In this document: positions 24,815 through 32,000 of the stretch, piece after piece | Layout: each line of letters opens with the position of its first letter | Position numbering within the stretch: position 1 is the first letter of the stretch | Assembly: GCF_000012805.1 (NCBI RefSeq) | Contig: NC_007484.1 | Location: 1,830,001 to 1,862,000, forward strand | Direction: 5' to 3' | DNA: 32,000 bases | From: Nitrosococcus oceani ATCC 19707 | GTDB lineage: Bacteria; Pseudomonadota; Gammaproteobacteria; Nitrosococcales; Nitrosococcaceae | The notes under the pieces: generated by a model | Told to the model about the DNA's origin: nothing | Seen by the model: the letters and a program-made list of their open reading frames with translations, nothing else | Databases searched by the model: none | Made by a program: the position numbers and the translations under genes

Positions 24815-25840
24815 TCAATGATTATTTTTCCTGACCAATTGATAGTTTCGTACTGCTTCCTTATGTTCTTTAAAAGTAGCCGAAAAATGATGGCTGCCGT
24901 CACCACGAGAAACGAAATATAATGATTTCCCTTCTGCCGGGTGCAACGCTGCCCGTAATGCTCCTAGACTAGGCATACAAATAGGCGTTGGAGGAAGTCC
25001 CGAACGTGTATAAGTATTATAAAGCGTATCCTTTTTTAAATCCTGGCGCCGTAAATCTCCATCAAAGCGGTTCCCTAGACCATAGATAACTGTCGGATCG
25101 GTTTGCAAACGCATTCCCCTTTGAAGACGTCGCACGAACACACCAGCAATCAAAGGCCGTTCTTCGATTAATGCGCTCTCCCGTTCAATAATGGAAGCTA
25201 GTATCAAAGCATCGTAGGAGCTTCGGTAAGGAAGCTCAAGCTCACGGTTTTCCCATTCATGGGTTAGATGATTTACCATAAATTGATAAGCGCGCCGTAA
25301 GAAATCCACGTCGGAAGTACCAGCGGGAAAGAAGTAGGTATCAGGAAAAAACCGACCCTCTGGATGTTCATTAGGATAGCCCAGACGTTTCATAATCTCA
25401 GAAGCTGGTAATTGCCGATTCAATGTTTGTTGAAGATAAAGACTGTTTTGGATAGCCTTTCTTACCTGTGGAAAAGTCCATCCTTCCACTAAAGTCAAGC
25501 TATATTGTTTGACCTTACCTGCTACAATTTGGCGCAGCAATGCCGACGGTGTTGTGGCCGCCTGAATATGGTATTCGCCAGCCTTGATGTCCCTAGCTAT
25601 CCCCTGCCAACGGGCTAGTAATACTAAATACAGAGGGTGTTGCTCTAAAGCTTCCCGTTGATACAGTTCGGTAGCAACGGAATGTATTGTGGCACCACTA
25701 GGAATTACCAAATTCAAGCCTTCTTGGTCTATCTGAAGCGGGATATGAGTAAAGCGATCATATTCAAATTTTAACCATACTATTCCTAACCCTACCGCGA
25801 TTCCTGATAGCGCTAATAAAAAGAAAAAAGATTTGCGCAT
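24815..25840 (-). CDS. mltG: endolytic murein transglycosylase MltG (YceG-like)
   Basis: 341 aa with an N-terminal TM anchor. YceG signatures are present: LILASIIERES, RLQTDPTVIYG, YNTYTRSGLPPTPICMPS. It lies between pabC and tmk as in E. coli. Confidence 0.92.
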   Translation of the reverse strand: MRKSFFFLLALSGIAVGLGIVWLKFEYDRFTHIPLQIDQEGLNLVIPSGATIHSVATELYQREALEQHPLYLVLLARWQGIARDIKAGEYHIQAATTPSALLRQIVAGKVKQYSLTLVEGWTFPQVRKAIQNSLYLQQTLNRQLPASEIMKRLGYPNEHPEGRFFPDTYFFPAGTSDVDFLRRAYQFMVNHLTHEWENRELELPYRSSYDALILASIIERESALIEERPLIAGVFVRRLQRGMRLQTDPTVIYGLGNRFDGDLRRQDLKKDTLYNTYTRSGLPPTPICMPSLGALRAALHPAEGKSLYFVSRGDGSHHFSATFKEHKEAVRNYQLVRKNNH

Positions 25841-25857
25841 GATCGCCTAACTATTAT

Positions 25858-26679
25858 TTAATTAGAGTGGAGAAGTTGGATCTGGATTAGATGCTGTAAG
25901 TGTTGTGTTAACGGTCCTAACGGATATTGAGTCTCTCCAACACGGCGTACCGGCCATATCCCTATTAAACTGTTACACATAAAAATCTCTTCCGCGCTTC
26001 TGAGATCCGCTAATATTAATGGACGCACTATCGTTTTTAGCCCCGAATTAAAAGCCTGTTTTAGTATAAATTCTCGCATGACTCCAGCTACACCACAGCC
26101 GCTTAAATCAGGGGTTTCTAGGAGGCCGTTTTGAACAATAAACAGGTTACTCATAGTTCCTTCAACGACGTGCCCTTGGCTATCTAACATTAATCCTTCA
26201 GGGATCATTGGATTTTCCCATTCGCTTCTAGCTAGTACTTGTTCCAAACGATTAAGATGCTTTATGCCTGCTAAGCAGGGATTGTAGCCTAATGAAGTGC
26301 GGCAAACTCGAAGGGTAATCCCGTACTCCATAAAAATGGATGGATAATTTGGCCAAGGATGCAGCGAAAGAATGCGGGTAGGTTGAGGTTGCGATGGCGG
26401 TTGATAACCGCGTCCCCCGCTTCCTCGAGTTACTACGATTTTCAATACCCCTCGGGAAACTCCCTGACAAAGCTTGAATATCTCTTCGTCCAAAATTCTC
26501 CGCGCTATTAGCGGTATCGACAAACGGCGACAGCCGTCTTCTAATCGTTTTAAATGGGATAGATAAAGTATAGCCCGTTCATCACGGATAGCGATTGTCT
26601 CAAATAAGCCATCGCCATATTGCAAACCTCTATCGGCAACCTCAATGCTAGAAGCAACCTTGCCATTCACAAGGATCAT
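25858..26679 (-). CDS. pabC: aminodeoxychorismate lyase (class IV PLP fold)
   Basis: MILVNGK... aligns with the E. coli PabC N-terminus (MFLINGH), so ATG 26679 is preferred over the track's TTG 26694. Other evidence is DRGLQYGDGLFET and the PLP-lysine context GIKHLNRLEQVLA. It follows fabF as in E. coli. Confidence 0.82.
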   Translation of the reverse strand: MILVNGKVASSIEVADRGLQYGDGLFETIAIRDERAILYLSHLKRLEDGCRRLSIPLIARRILDEEIFKLCQGVSRGVLKIVVTRGSGGRGYQPPSQPQPTRILSLHPWPNYPSIFMEYGITLRVCRTSLGYNPCLAGIKHLNRLEQVLARSEWENPMIPEGLMLDSQGHVVEGTMSNLFIVQNGLLETPDLSGCGVAGVMREFILKQAFNSGLKTIVRPLILADLRSAEEIFMCNSLIGIWPVRRVGETQYPLGPLTQHLQHLIQIQLLHSN

Positions 26680-26718
26680 TAAAGGTAAAACCAAAGATCA
26701 GTACCACCAGGCAGAGGC

Positions 26719-27966
26719 TCACTCCAATTGGCGAAAAATCAAAGACCCATTGGTACCACCAAATCCGAAGGAGTTAGAAACAACAGTCTTAATTTTCATT
26801 TCTCGGGCAATATTTGGCACATAATCCAAGCCTTTACACTCTGGATCAAGATTAAAAATATTGATCGTAGGAGGAGCAATTTGATCGCGGATAGCTAATA
26901 CAGAAAATATAGCTTCTATTCCTCCCGCAGCACCTAGTAGATGTCCCGTCATAGACTTGGTAGAACTCACGGGAGTTTTTTGAGCATGGCTTCCCAAGAC
27001 TGCTTTAATCGCAAGAGTTTCTGCGCGATCACCGGCAGGTGTAGAAGTGCCATGAGCGTTGATATAATCAATTTCTTCCCCATTGATATGGGCATCTTTC
27101 AGGGCATTCATCATACAACGAGCGGCTCCTTCGCCATTCCTTGGCGGCTGGGTCATATGATAGGCGTCAGCACTCATTCCGAAACCTACTACTTCAGCAT
27201 AGATTTGAGCTCCACGCCGCTTAGCATGTTCTAGCTCTTCTAGGACTAAAACGCCGGCGCCATCGCTTAGAACAAAACCATCCCGATCTTTGTCCCAAGG
27301 CCGGCTTGCTGTTTCCGGTTCCTCATTACGAGTAGATAAAGCACGAGCGGATGCGAAACCACCTAGACCTGTGGGAGAAGTCGCCATTTCAGCACCACCA
27401 GCTATCATTACCTTTGCCTCGCCACGCTGGATGATACGTACTGCCTCACCGATATTATGGGTGCCAGTGGTGCAAGCTGTTACAATGGCGATATTAGGAC
27501 CCTTCATCCCATAAAGGATAGATAGATTTCCAGCAATCATATTGATAATGTTGCTCGGCACAAAGAAGGGAGAGATCCTACGTGGCCCCCCTTGGAGGTA
27601 TGCATTATGTCCAAGTTCAATCCCATGCAGCCCACCAATACCCGAGCCGATGGCAACACCCACTTGAGTCGCATTCGCTTCGTTAATTTCCAGTCCTGAA
27701 TCTTCAAGGGCTTGCCTGGCCGCAGCGATGCCATAATGAATAAAGGGATCCATTTTACGGGCATCTTTTAAGGGAAGATAATCCCCGATCTCAAATCCCT
27801 TTACTGCCCCCCCAAAACGAACAGGAAAATTCGTAACGTCAAAACCGGTAATAGGTCCAATACCACTCTTACCCGCTAATAAGTTGGCCCAAGATCCTTC
27901 AACATCTACTCCCACTGGGCAGACTATACCAAGGCCCGTAACGGCGACCCGTTTATCAGACAACAA
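26719..27966 (-). CDS. fabF: 3-oxoacyl-ACP synthase II
   Basis: 415 aa with the active-site Cys in [13 protein letters not shown], catalytic His residues in DAYHMTQP and NAHGTSTP, and GHLLGAAG. Confidence 0.97.
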   Translation of the reverse strand: MLSDKRVAVTGLGIVCPVGVDVEGSWANLLAGKSGIGPITGFDVTNFPVRFGGAVKGFEIGDYLPLKDARKMDPFIHYGIAAARQALEDSGLEINEANATQVGVAIGSGIGGLHGIELGHNAYLQGGPRRISPFFVPSNIINMIAGNLSILYGMKGPNIAIVTACTTGTHNIGEAVRIIQRGEAKVMIAGGAEMATSPTGLGGFASARALSTRNEEPETASRPWDKDRDGFVLSDGAGVLVLEELEHAKRRGAQIYAEVVGFGMSADAYHMTQPPRNGEGAARCMMNALKDAHINGEEIDYINAHGTSTPAGDRAETLAIKAVLGSHAQKTPVSSTKSMTGHLLGAAGGIEAIFSVLAIRDQIAPPTINIFNLDPECKGLDYVPNIAREMKIKTVVSNSFGFGGTNGSLIFRQLE

Positions 27967-28059
27967 TTCACTCCCTTTTTTAAATAAAGAAACGCGGCCG
28001 CATTACGGTATCTCCATGATACGGCCTGGCCTCTTGCCTTGGATCAATAAGCAATATGC

Positions 28060-28296
28060 TTATCCTTGGCGTTCTTTAATATAATTAATAGCTTCTTGAA
28101 CGGTAGAAATCTTTTCCGCTTCCTCATCAGGAATTTCGCACTCGAACGCTTCTTCCAGCGCCATAACAAGTTCTACAGTATCTAATGAATCAGCTCCCAG
28201 ATCATCTACAAAAGATGACTCATTAGCCACCTCTTCAGAATTTACGCCTAACTGTTCAACCACGATTTCTTTAACTCGGGTTTCTATATCACTCAT
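28060..28296 (-). CDS. acpP: acyl carrier protein
   Basis: 78 aa with the phosphopantetheine-attachment motif [18 protein letters not shown]. Confidence 0.98.
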
Positions 28297-28416
28297 AATA
28301 GTTTATTCCTCTAAAAAAACAGCCTCACAGATTTATCTGCGGATGCTAGTTTATCGGTAACCTCCTAAAGCAACAAGACGGTAAAAGTAATATGATTTTA
28401 AAACTCTTAATAATAA

Positions 28417-29160
28417 CTAAGCCATATAGAGTCCGCCATTAACATGTAAAGTCTCTCCCGTAATATAACTCGCCTCTAAACTTGCAAGAAAAGCTACCGC
28501 AGCAGCAACTTCCTGAGCTTTGCCTAGCCTGTTTAAGGGAATTTGTGCTAGCAACATTTCCCGCCGAGTATCCGCAAGATCGCGGGTCATATCAGTATCT
28601 ATAAAGCCTGGAGCCACAGCATTAACGGTAACCCCTCGGGTTCCTACTTCCCGTGCAAGCGCTTTGGTAAAGCCTATCATGCCCGCTTTTGCGGCAGCAT
28701 AATTGGTCTGTCCGGCATTTCCCATTACACCGGTCACCGAAGTAATGTTAATAATGCGTCCCCAACGGGTTTTCATCATACCTCGAAGACATCCTTTTGA
28801 GAGACGATAAATAGCCGTTAGATTGATGTTAAGAATAGTTTCCCATTCTTCATCCTTCATACGCATTAGCAGATTATCACGGGTAATACCCGCATTATTT
28901 ACTAAAATAGCGGGAACACCGAGCTGATCTGAGATAACTGCAAGCGCTGAATCGATTGAAGTAGGATCAGAGACATCCAATATTATCCCCATGCCTGGCC
29001 ATTCCCGCTCAGCAAGGAAAGCACTAATTCCTTCCGTACCTTCCTTTGAGGTGGCCGTTCCAACCACTGTTGCTCCTTGAAGAGCAAGCCCCTCGGCAAT
29101 GGCTCGACCGATTCCCCTACTCGCTCCGGTAATTAAGGCGACCTTACCTTCCAACCTCAT
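28417..29160 (-). CDS. fabG: 3-oxoacyl-ACP reductase
   Basis: 247-aa SDR with TGASRGIGRAIA, NNAG and the catalytic YAAAKAG motif. Confidence 0.97.
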   Translation of the reverse strand: MRLEGKVALITGASRGIGRAIAEGLALQGATVVGTATSKEGTEGISAFLAEREWPGMGIILDVSDPTSIDSALAVISDQLGVPAILVNNAGITRDNLLMRMKDEEWETILNINLTAIYRLSKGCLRGMMKTRWGRIINITSVTGVMGNAGQTNYAAAKAGMIGFTKALAREVGTRGVTVNAVAPGFIDTDMTRDLADTRREMLLAQIPLNRLGKAQEVAAAVAFLASLEASYITGETLHVNGGLYMA

Positions 29161-29163
29161 AGA

Positions 29164-30105
29164 TTAATCTCCTCCCGTGATACTTAGTGCCTTCTCAAGA
29201 CCAATCGGATCGGACATAGGAAGTACTGTCATACTCTTATCAATTCTCCTGATTAGTCCCGTCAACACTTTTCCGGGCCCGCATTCAACTAATACATCTA
29301 CTCCTTGGGATTTTAACCAGGCTATCGTTTCTACCCAACGTACGGGGTGATTCACCTGCCGGGCTAAGGCATCGCAAATAGCACCAGGATCCTCATTAAC
29401 AGCTACATCTACGTTATTTACTACCGGAATAGACGGAGCTTTAATCGAAAATTTCGATAGGCGCTGGCGAAGCCGCTTTGCTACTGGCGCCATAAGCTGG
29501 CAATGGGAAGGAACACTCACGGAAAGAAACACAGCCCGTTTTGCCCCCATTTCTTTAGCTTTACTCACCGCTCTGTGGATGGCATCAGCATGCCCGGCAA
29601 TCACCACTTGCCCTGGTGCGTTGAAATTGACTGCTTCCGCCACTTGCCCCTCGGAAGATTGCTCACAAACACCCTTGACGACATCATCAGAAAGACCAAG
29701 AATAGCGGCCATTGCACCTTCCTCCTCTGATACTGCCTCAAGCATATAGCGCCCTCGATCTGCAACTAAGCCTATCGCTGATACAAACTCTAGAGCTTCA
29801 GCGCAAGCCAATGCTGTATATTCCCCTAAACTGTGCCCAGCCATGAAATCCGGGCGTCGCCCTCCTGCGGTGCACCAAATTCGCCAAACAGCCATCCCCG
29901 CCGCTAACATAGCAGGTTGGGTATAATCGGTACGATTTAATTTCTCCTCTGGCCCTTTTTGCACTAATTGCCAGAGATCATACCCTACAGAGGTTGACGC
30001 CTGGGCAAAAACCTCTCGCACTTGGGGATAGAATTGGGAAAAATCGGCTAACATCCCTATAGTTTGAGAACCCTGCCCTGGAAACATGAATGCTAGTTTA
30101 TTCAT
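29164..30105 (-). CDS. fabD: malonyl-CoA:ACP transacylase
   Basis: 313 aa with FPGQGSQ and the active-site GHSLGEY. Confidence 0.97.
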   Translation of the reverse strand: MNKLAFMFPGQGSQTIGMLADFSQFYPQVREVFAQASTSVGYDLWQLVQKGPEEKLNRTDYTQPAMLAAGMAVWRIWCTAGGRRPDFMAGHSLGEYTALACAEALEFVSAIGLVADRGRYMLEAVSEEEGAMAAILGLSDDVVKGVCEQSSEGQVAEAVNFNAPGQVVIAGHADAIHRAVSKAKEMGAKRAVFLSVSVPSHCQLMAPVAKRLRQRLSKFSIKAPSIPVVNNVDVAVNEDPGAICDALARQVNHPVRWVETIAWLKSQGVDVLVECGPGKVLTGLIRRIDKSMTVLPMSDPIGLEKALSITGGD

Positions 30106-30109
30106 CGAA

Positions 30110-31102
30110 TCAGTATATTAACAGAGCGGAACCCCAGGTAAAGCCGCCGCCAAAGGCTTCAAGTAATAGAGTATCTCCCCGTTTGATTCGCCCATCACGG
30201 ACCGCTATATCGAGGGCTAGTGGGACTGAAGCAGCGGAAGTATTGCCATGGGTATCAACAGTAACGACGACCCGTTCCATAGGAAGATTCAATTTCTTAG
30301 CGGTAGCAGCAATGATCCGGATATTGGCTTGGTGGGGAATAAGCCAATCAATTTCCTGCTGACTCATATGGTTAGCTGCTAACGTCTCCTCAACCATGCG
30401 CTCTAGAGTACGAACCGCTATCTTGAAGACTTCATTTCCTTTCATCTGAATGAAAGCCTCTCCCTGCTTCACTCGTTCGTAAGCCTCGGAAATGCCCGCA
30501 GGCACTGTCAATAGCTGATGGTAGCTGCCATCAGCATGAAGATGGGTTGAAAGAATTCCTGGTTCCGGGCTAGCCTGAAGTACTACCGCCCCAGCCCCAT
30601 CACCAAACAGCACACAAGTGGTGCGATCATTCCAATCGATGATGCGAGATAAGGTTTCGGTACCCACAACTAAGGCGGTTCGGGCGCTACCAGTACGAAT
30701 AAATTTCTCGGCTACGCTCAAGGCATAAACAAAGCCGGTACAAACAGCTTGAATATCAAAAGCAGCAGAATCATGAATATCTAACCGCTGTTGAAGTAGA
30801 CAGGCCGTGCTGGGAAAAATTCGATCAGGCGTGGTAGTTGCCACGATAATAAGATCAATCTCTTGAGGTGCAATGGCTGCCGCTTCTATAGCTTTCCAAG
30901 CTGCTAATTCGGCAAGATCACAAGCGGTTTGATCAGGTTCTGCCACATGCCGCTCTTTAATTCCAGTTCGTTCCCAGATCCATCGATCAGAGGTATCCAC
31001 CAAGCGCTCTAAATCAGCGTTGGTGAGTACTCTTTCTGGAAGAAACCCTCCGGTTCCTATGATACGAGCATAGCTCAAACCACTTGTCCTTCCGATAACC
31101 AT
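30110..31102 (-). CDS. fabH: 3-oxoacyl-ACP synthase III
   Basis: Catalytic Cys in [14 protein letters not shown], plus HQANIRI and [12 protein letters not shown] 31102 overlaps plsX by 28 nt. An alternative TTG at 31078 (giving [11 protein letters not shown]..., about 322 aa) overlaps the plsX TGA in a TTTGA arrangement and fits typical FabH N-termini better. Confidence 0.93.
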   Translation of the reverse strand: MVIGRTSGLSYARIIGTGGFLPERVLTNADLERLVDTSDRWIWERTGIKERHVAEPDQTACDLAELAAWKAIEAAAIAPQEIDLIIVATTTPDRIFPSTACLLQQRLDIHDSAAFDIQAVCTGFVYALSVAEKFIRTGSARTALVVGTETLSRIIDWNDRTTCVLFGDGAGAVVLQASPEPGILSTHLHADGSYHQLLTVPAGISEAYERVKQGEAFIQMKGNEVFKIAVRTLERMVEETLAANHMSQQEIDWLIPHQANIRIIAATAKKLNLPMERVVVTVDTHGNTSAASVPLALDIAVRDGRIKRGDTLLLEAFGGGFTWGSALLIY

Positions 31103-32000
31103 GGCTCTAAATGGGCACTGATATGTTGGGGCACATCTTTACGTGCCTCAATCACAGCAATGCGAATGGCATGGGCAAAGGCCGTTATATCCGCTCCTCC
31201 ATGACTTTTAATAACCACCCCATTAAGTCCTAGTAAGTTAGCTCCATTATAACGCCGGGGGTCCATTCGCTGGTGGAAAGCTTTGAGCACCGGTAAAGCA
31301 AGAAAGCCTGCAAAGCGAGTAAGATAATTGCGTTGGAATGACTCCCGGAGATAATGGCGTACCATTCGAGCGACCCCTTCGCTGGATTTCAACGCCACGT
31401 TACCCACGAAACCATCGCAGACAACCACATCAACACAACCTTCGTAGACATCATTTCCTTCTACAAACCCCACATAGTTCAAATGACTCTGGGAAAGCAT
31501 GCGGCCTGCCTCCTTGATCCGCTCATTCCCTTTTATAATTTCCGAGCCGATATTTAGCAACCCTACCGAAGGTTCTTTAATATTATCAATAGCACTGGCC
31601 AATACCGATCCCATCAAGGCAAATTGGTACAAATTCTGAGCGCTTGAATCTACATTAGCGCCTAAGTCTAGCATATAGCAGTGTCCCCGGATGGTGGGCA
31701 AAGCTGAAACAATCGCTGGTCGATCAATCCCCGGTAAAGTCTTGAGCACAAAGCGAGCAATGGCCATCAAGGCACCAGTATTACCAGCACTTACGCAGGC
31801 ATCAGCCTTTCTGCTCTTAACCAAATTAATAGCTATTCGCATGGAGGAATCTTTTTTGGCCCGTAAAGCTTGCGAAGGTGCTTCATCCATTTCAACTTTC
31901 TGCGAGGCATGCTGGATAGTCAAACGTGTTCCCAATTCTCCCCGATGTATCGCCACTAAACCATTTAATAGATCTCGATCACCGATTAGAATTAACTTTA
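31075..32000 (-). CDS. plsX: phosphate acyltransferase PlsX (5' end outside the window)
   Basis: The frame is open to nt 32000 (...[18 protein letters not shown]...), so the track's start at 31956 is internal. The motifs [13 protein letters not shown] and [16 protein letters not shown] are present. It sits upstream of fabH as in E. coli. Confidence 0.93.
   Translation of the reverse strand, partial: KLILIGDRDLLNGLVAIHRGELGTRLTIQHASQKVEMDEAPSQALRAKKDSSMRIAINLVKSRKADACVSAGNTGALMAIARFVLKTLPGIDRPAIVSALPTIRGHCYMLDLGANVDSSAQNLYQFALMGSVLASAIDNIKEPSVGLLNIGSEIIKGNERIKEAGRMLSQSHLNYVGFVEGNDVYEGCVDVVVCDGFVGNVALKSSEGVARMVRHYLRESFQRNYLTRFAGFLALPVLKAFHQRMDPRRYNGANLLGLNGVVIKSHGGADITAFAHAIRIAVIEARKDVPQHISAHLEPWLSEGQVV

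Noticed and set aside
24738-24905. Plus-strand ORF of about 55 codons starting MKTRCRKIQCPQQTGEKEK in the tmk-mltG spacer and running into the mltG 3' end
   Set aside because: There is no SD, most of it is antisense to the well-supported mltG, and the translation has no membrane or domain character.
28047-28063. Hairpin ATAAGCA-ATA-TGCTTAT overlapping the acpP stop codon, considered as an acpP terminator
   Set aside because: It is a 7-bp AT-rich stem with a 3-nt loop and no U-tract on the minus strand. At most it is a weak attenuator or processing site between acpP and fabF, with no support as a terminator from sequence alone.

Overview
This is a core-chromosome window of a proteobacterium with gammaproteobacterial gene order. 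It is about 90% coding, and I found no IS elements, integrases, CRISPR arrays or rRNA. Most of it is housekeeping synteny familiar from E. coli and Pseudomonas. Left to right: a membrane ORF; trkH-trkA (+); a lipoprotein ORF and mfd (-); uvrC-pgsA followed by a tRNA-Gly(GCC)/tRNA-Cys(GCA)/tRNA-Leu(UAA) operon (-); a secreted orphan ORF; tRNA-Leu(CAA); and queA-trmJ-cysE-iscR-iscS-iscA (+). Next comes a loosely packed accessory-looking stretch from 15.4 to 18.6 kb, holding a UPF0104-type membrane protein, an orphan XRE regulator flanked by about 380 and 740 nt of non-coding DNA, and an SNase-like exported protein. After that come a BI-1/YccA protein, tRNA-Ser(UGA), a basic 295-aa orphan protein, a class V aminotransferase, and the long minus-strand cluster plsX-fabH-fabD-fabG-acpP-fabF-pabC-mltG-tmk-holB-pilZ-tatD. 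The strongest finding is directly visible in the sequence: the tRNA-Leu(UAA) gene in the leuZ position is split at U34|A35 by a 244-nt group I (IC3-like) intron. This architecture is classically cyanobacterial/plastid, it sits here in an enterobacterial-type uvrC-pgsA-tRNA array, and the ORF track covers it only with a spurious ORF. Secondary leads: the 295-aa orphan shows collinear twilight-zone resemblance to the replication terminator protein Tus, with two perfect palindromes in its promoter region. There is also a near-consensus IscR type-1 box ahead of a minimal iscR-iscS-iscA locus that lacks iscU/hscBA/fdx. The non-coding DNA around the XRE gene carries strong hairpins, and the SNase-like protein has substituted catalytic residues. 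All functional calls rest on motif recognition from the supplied translations and on remembered reference sequences; no searches were run.
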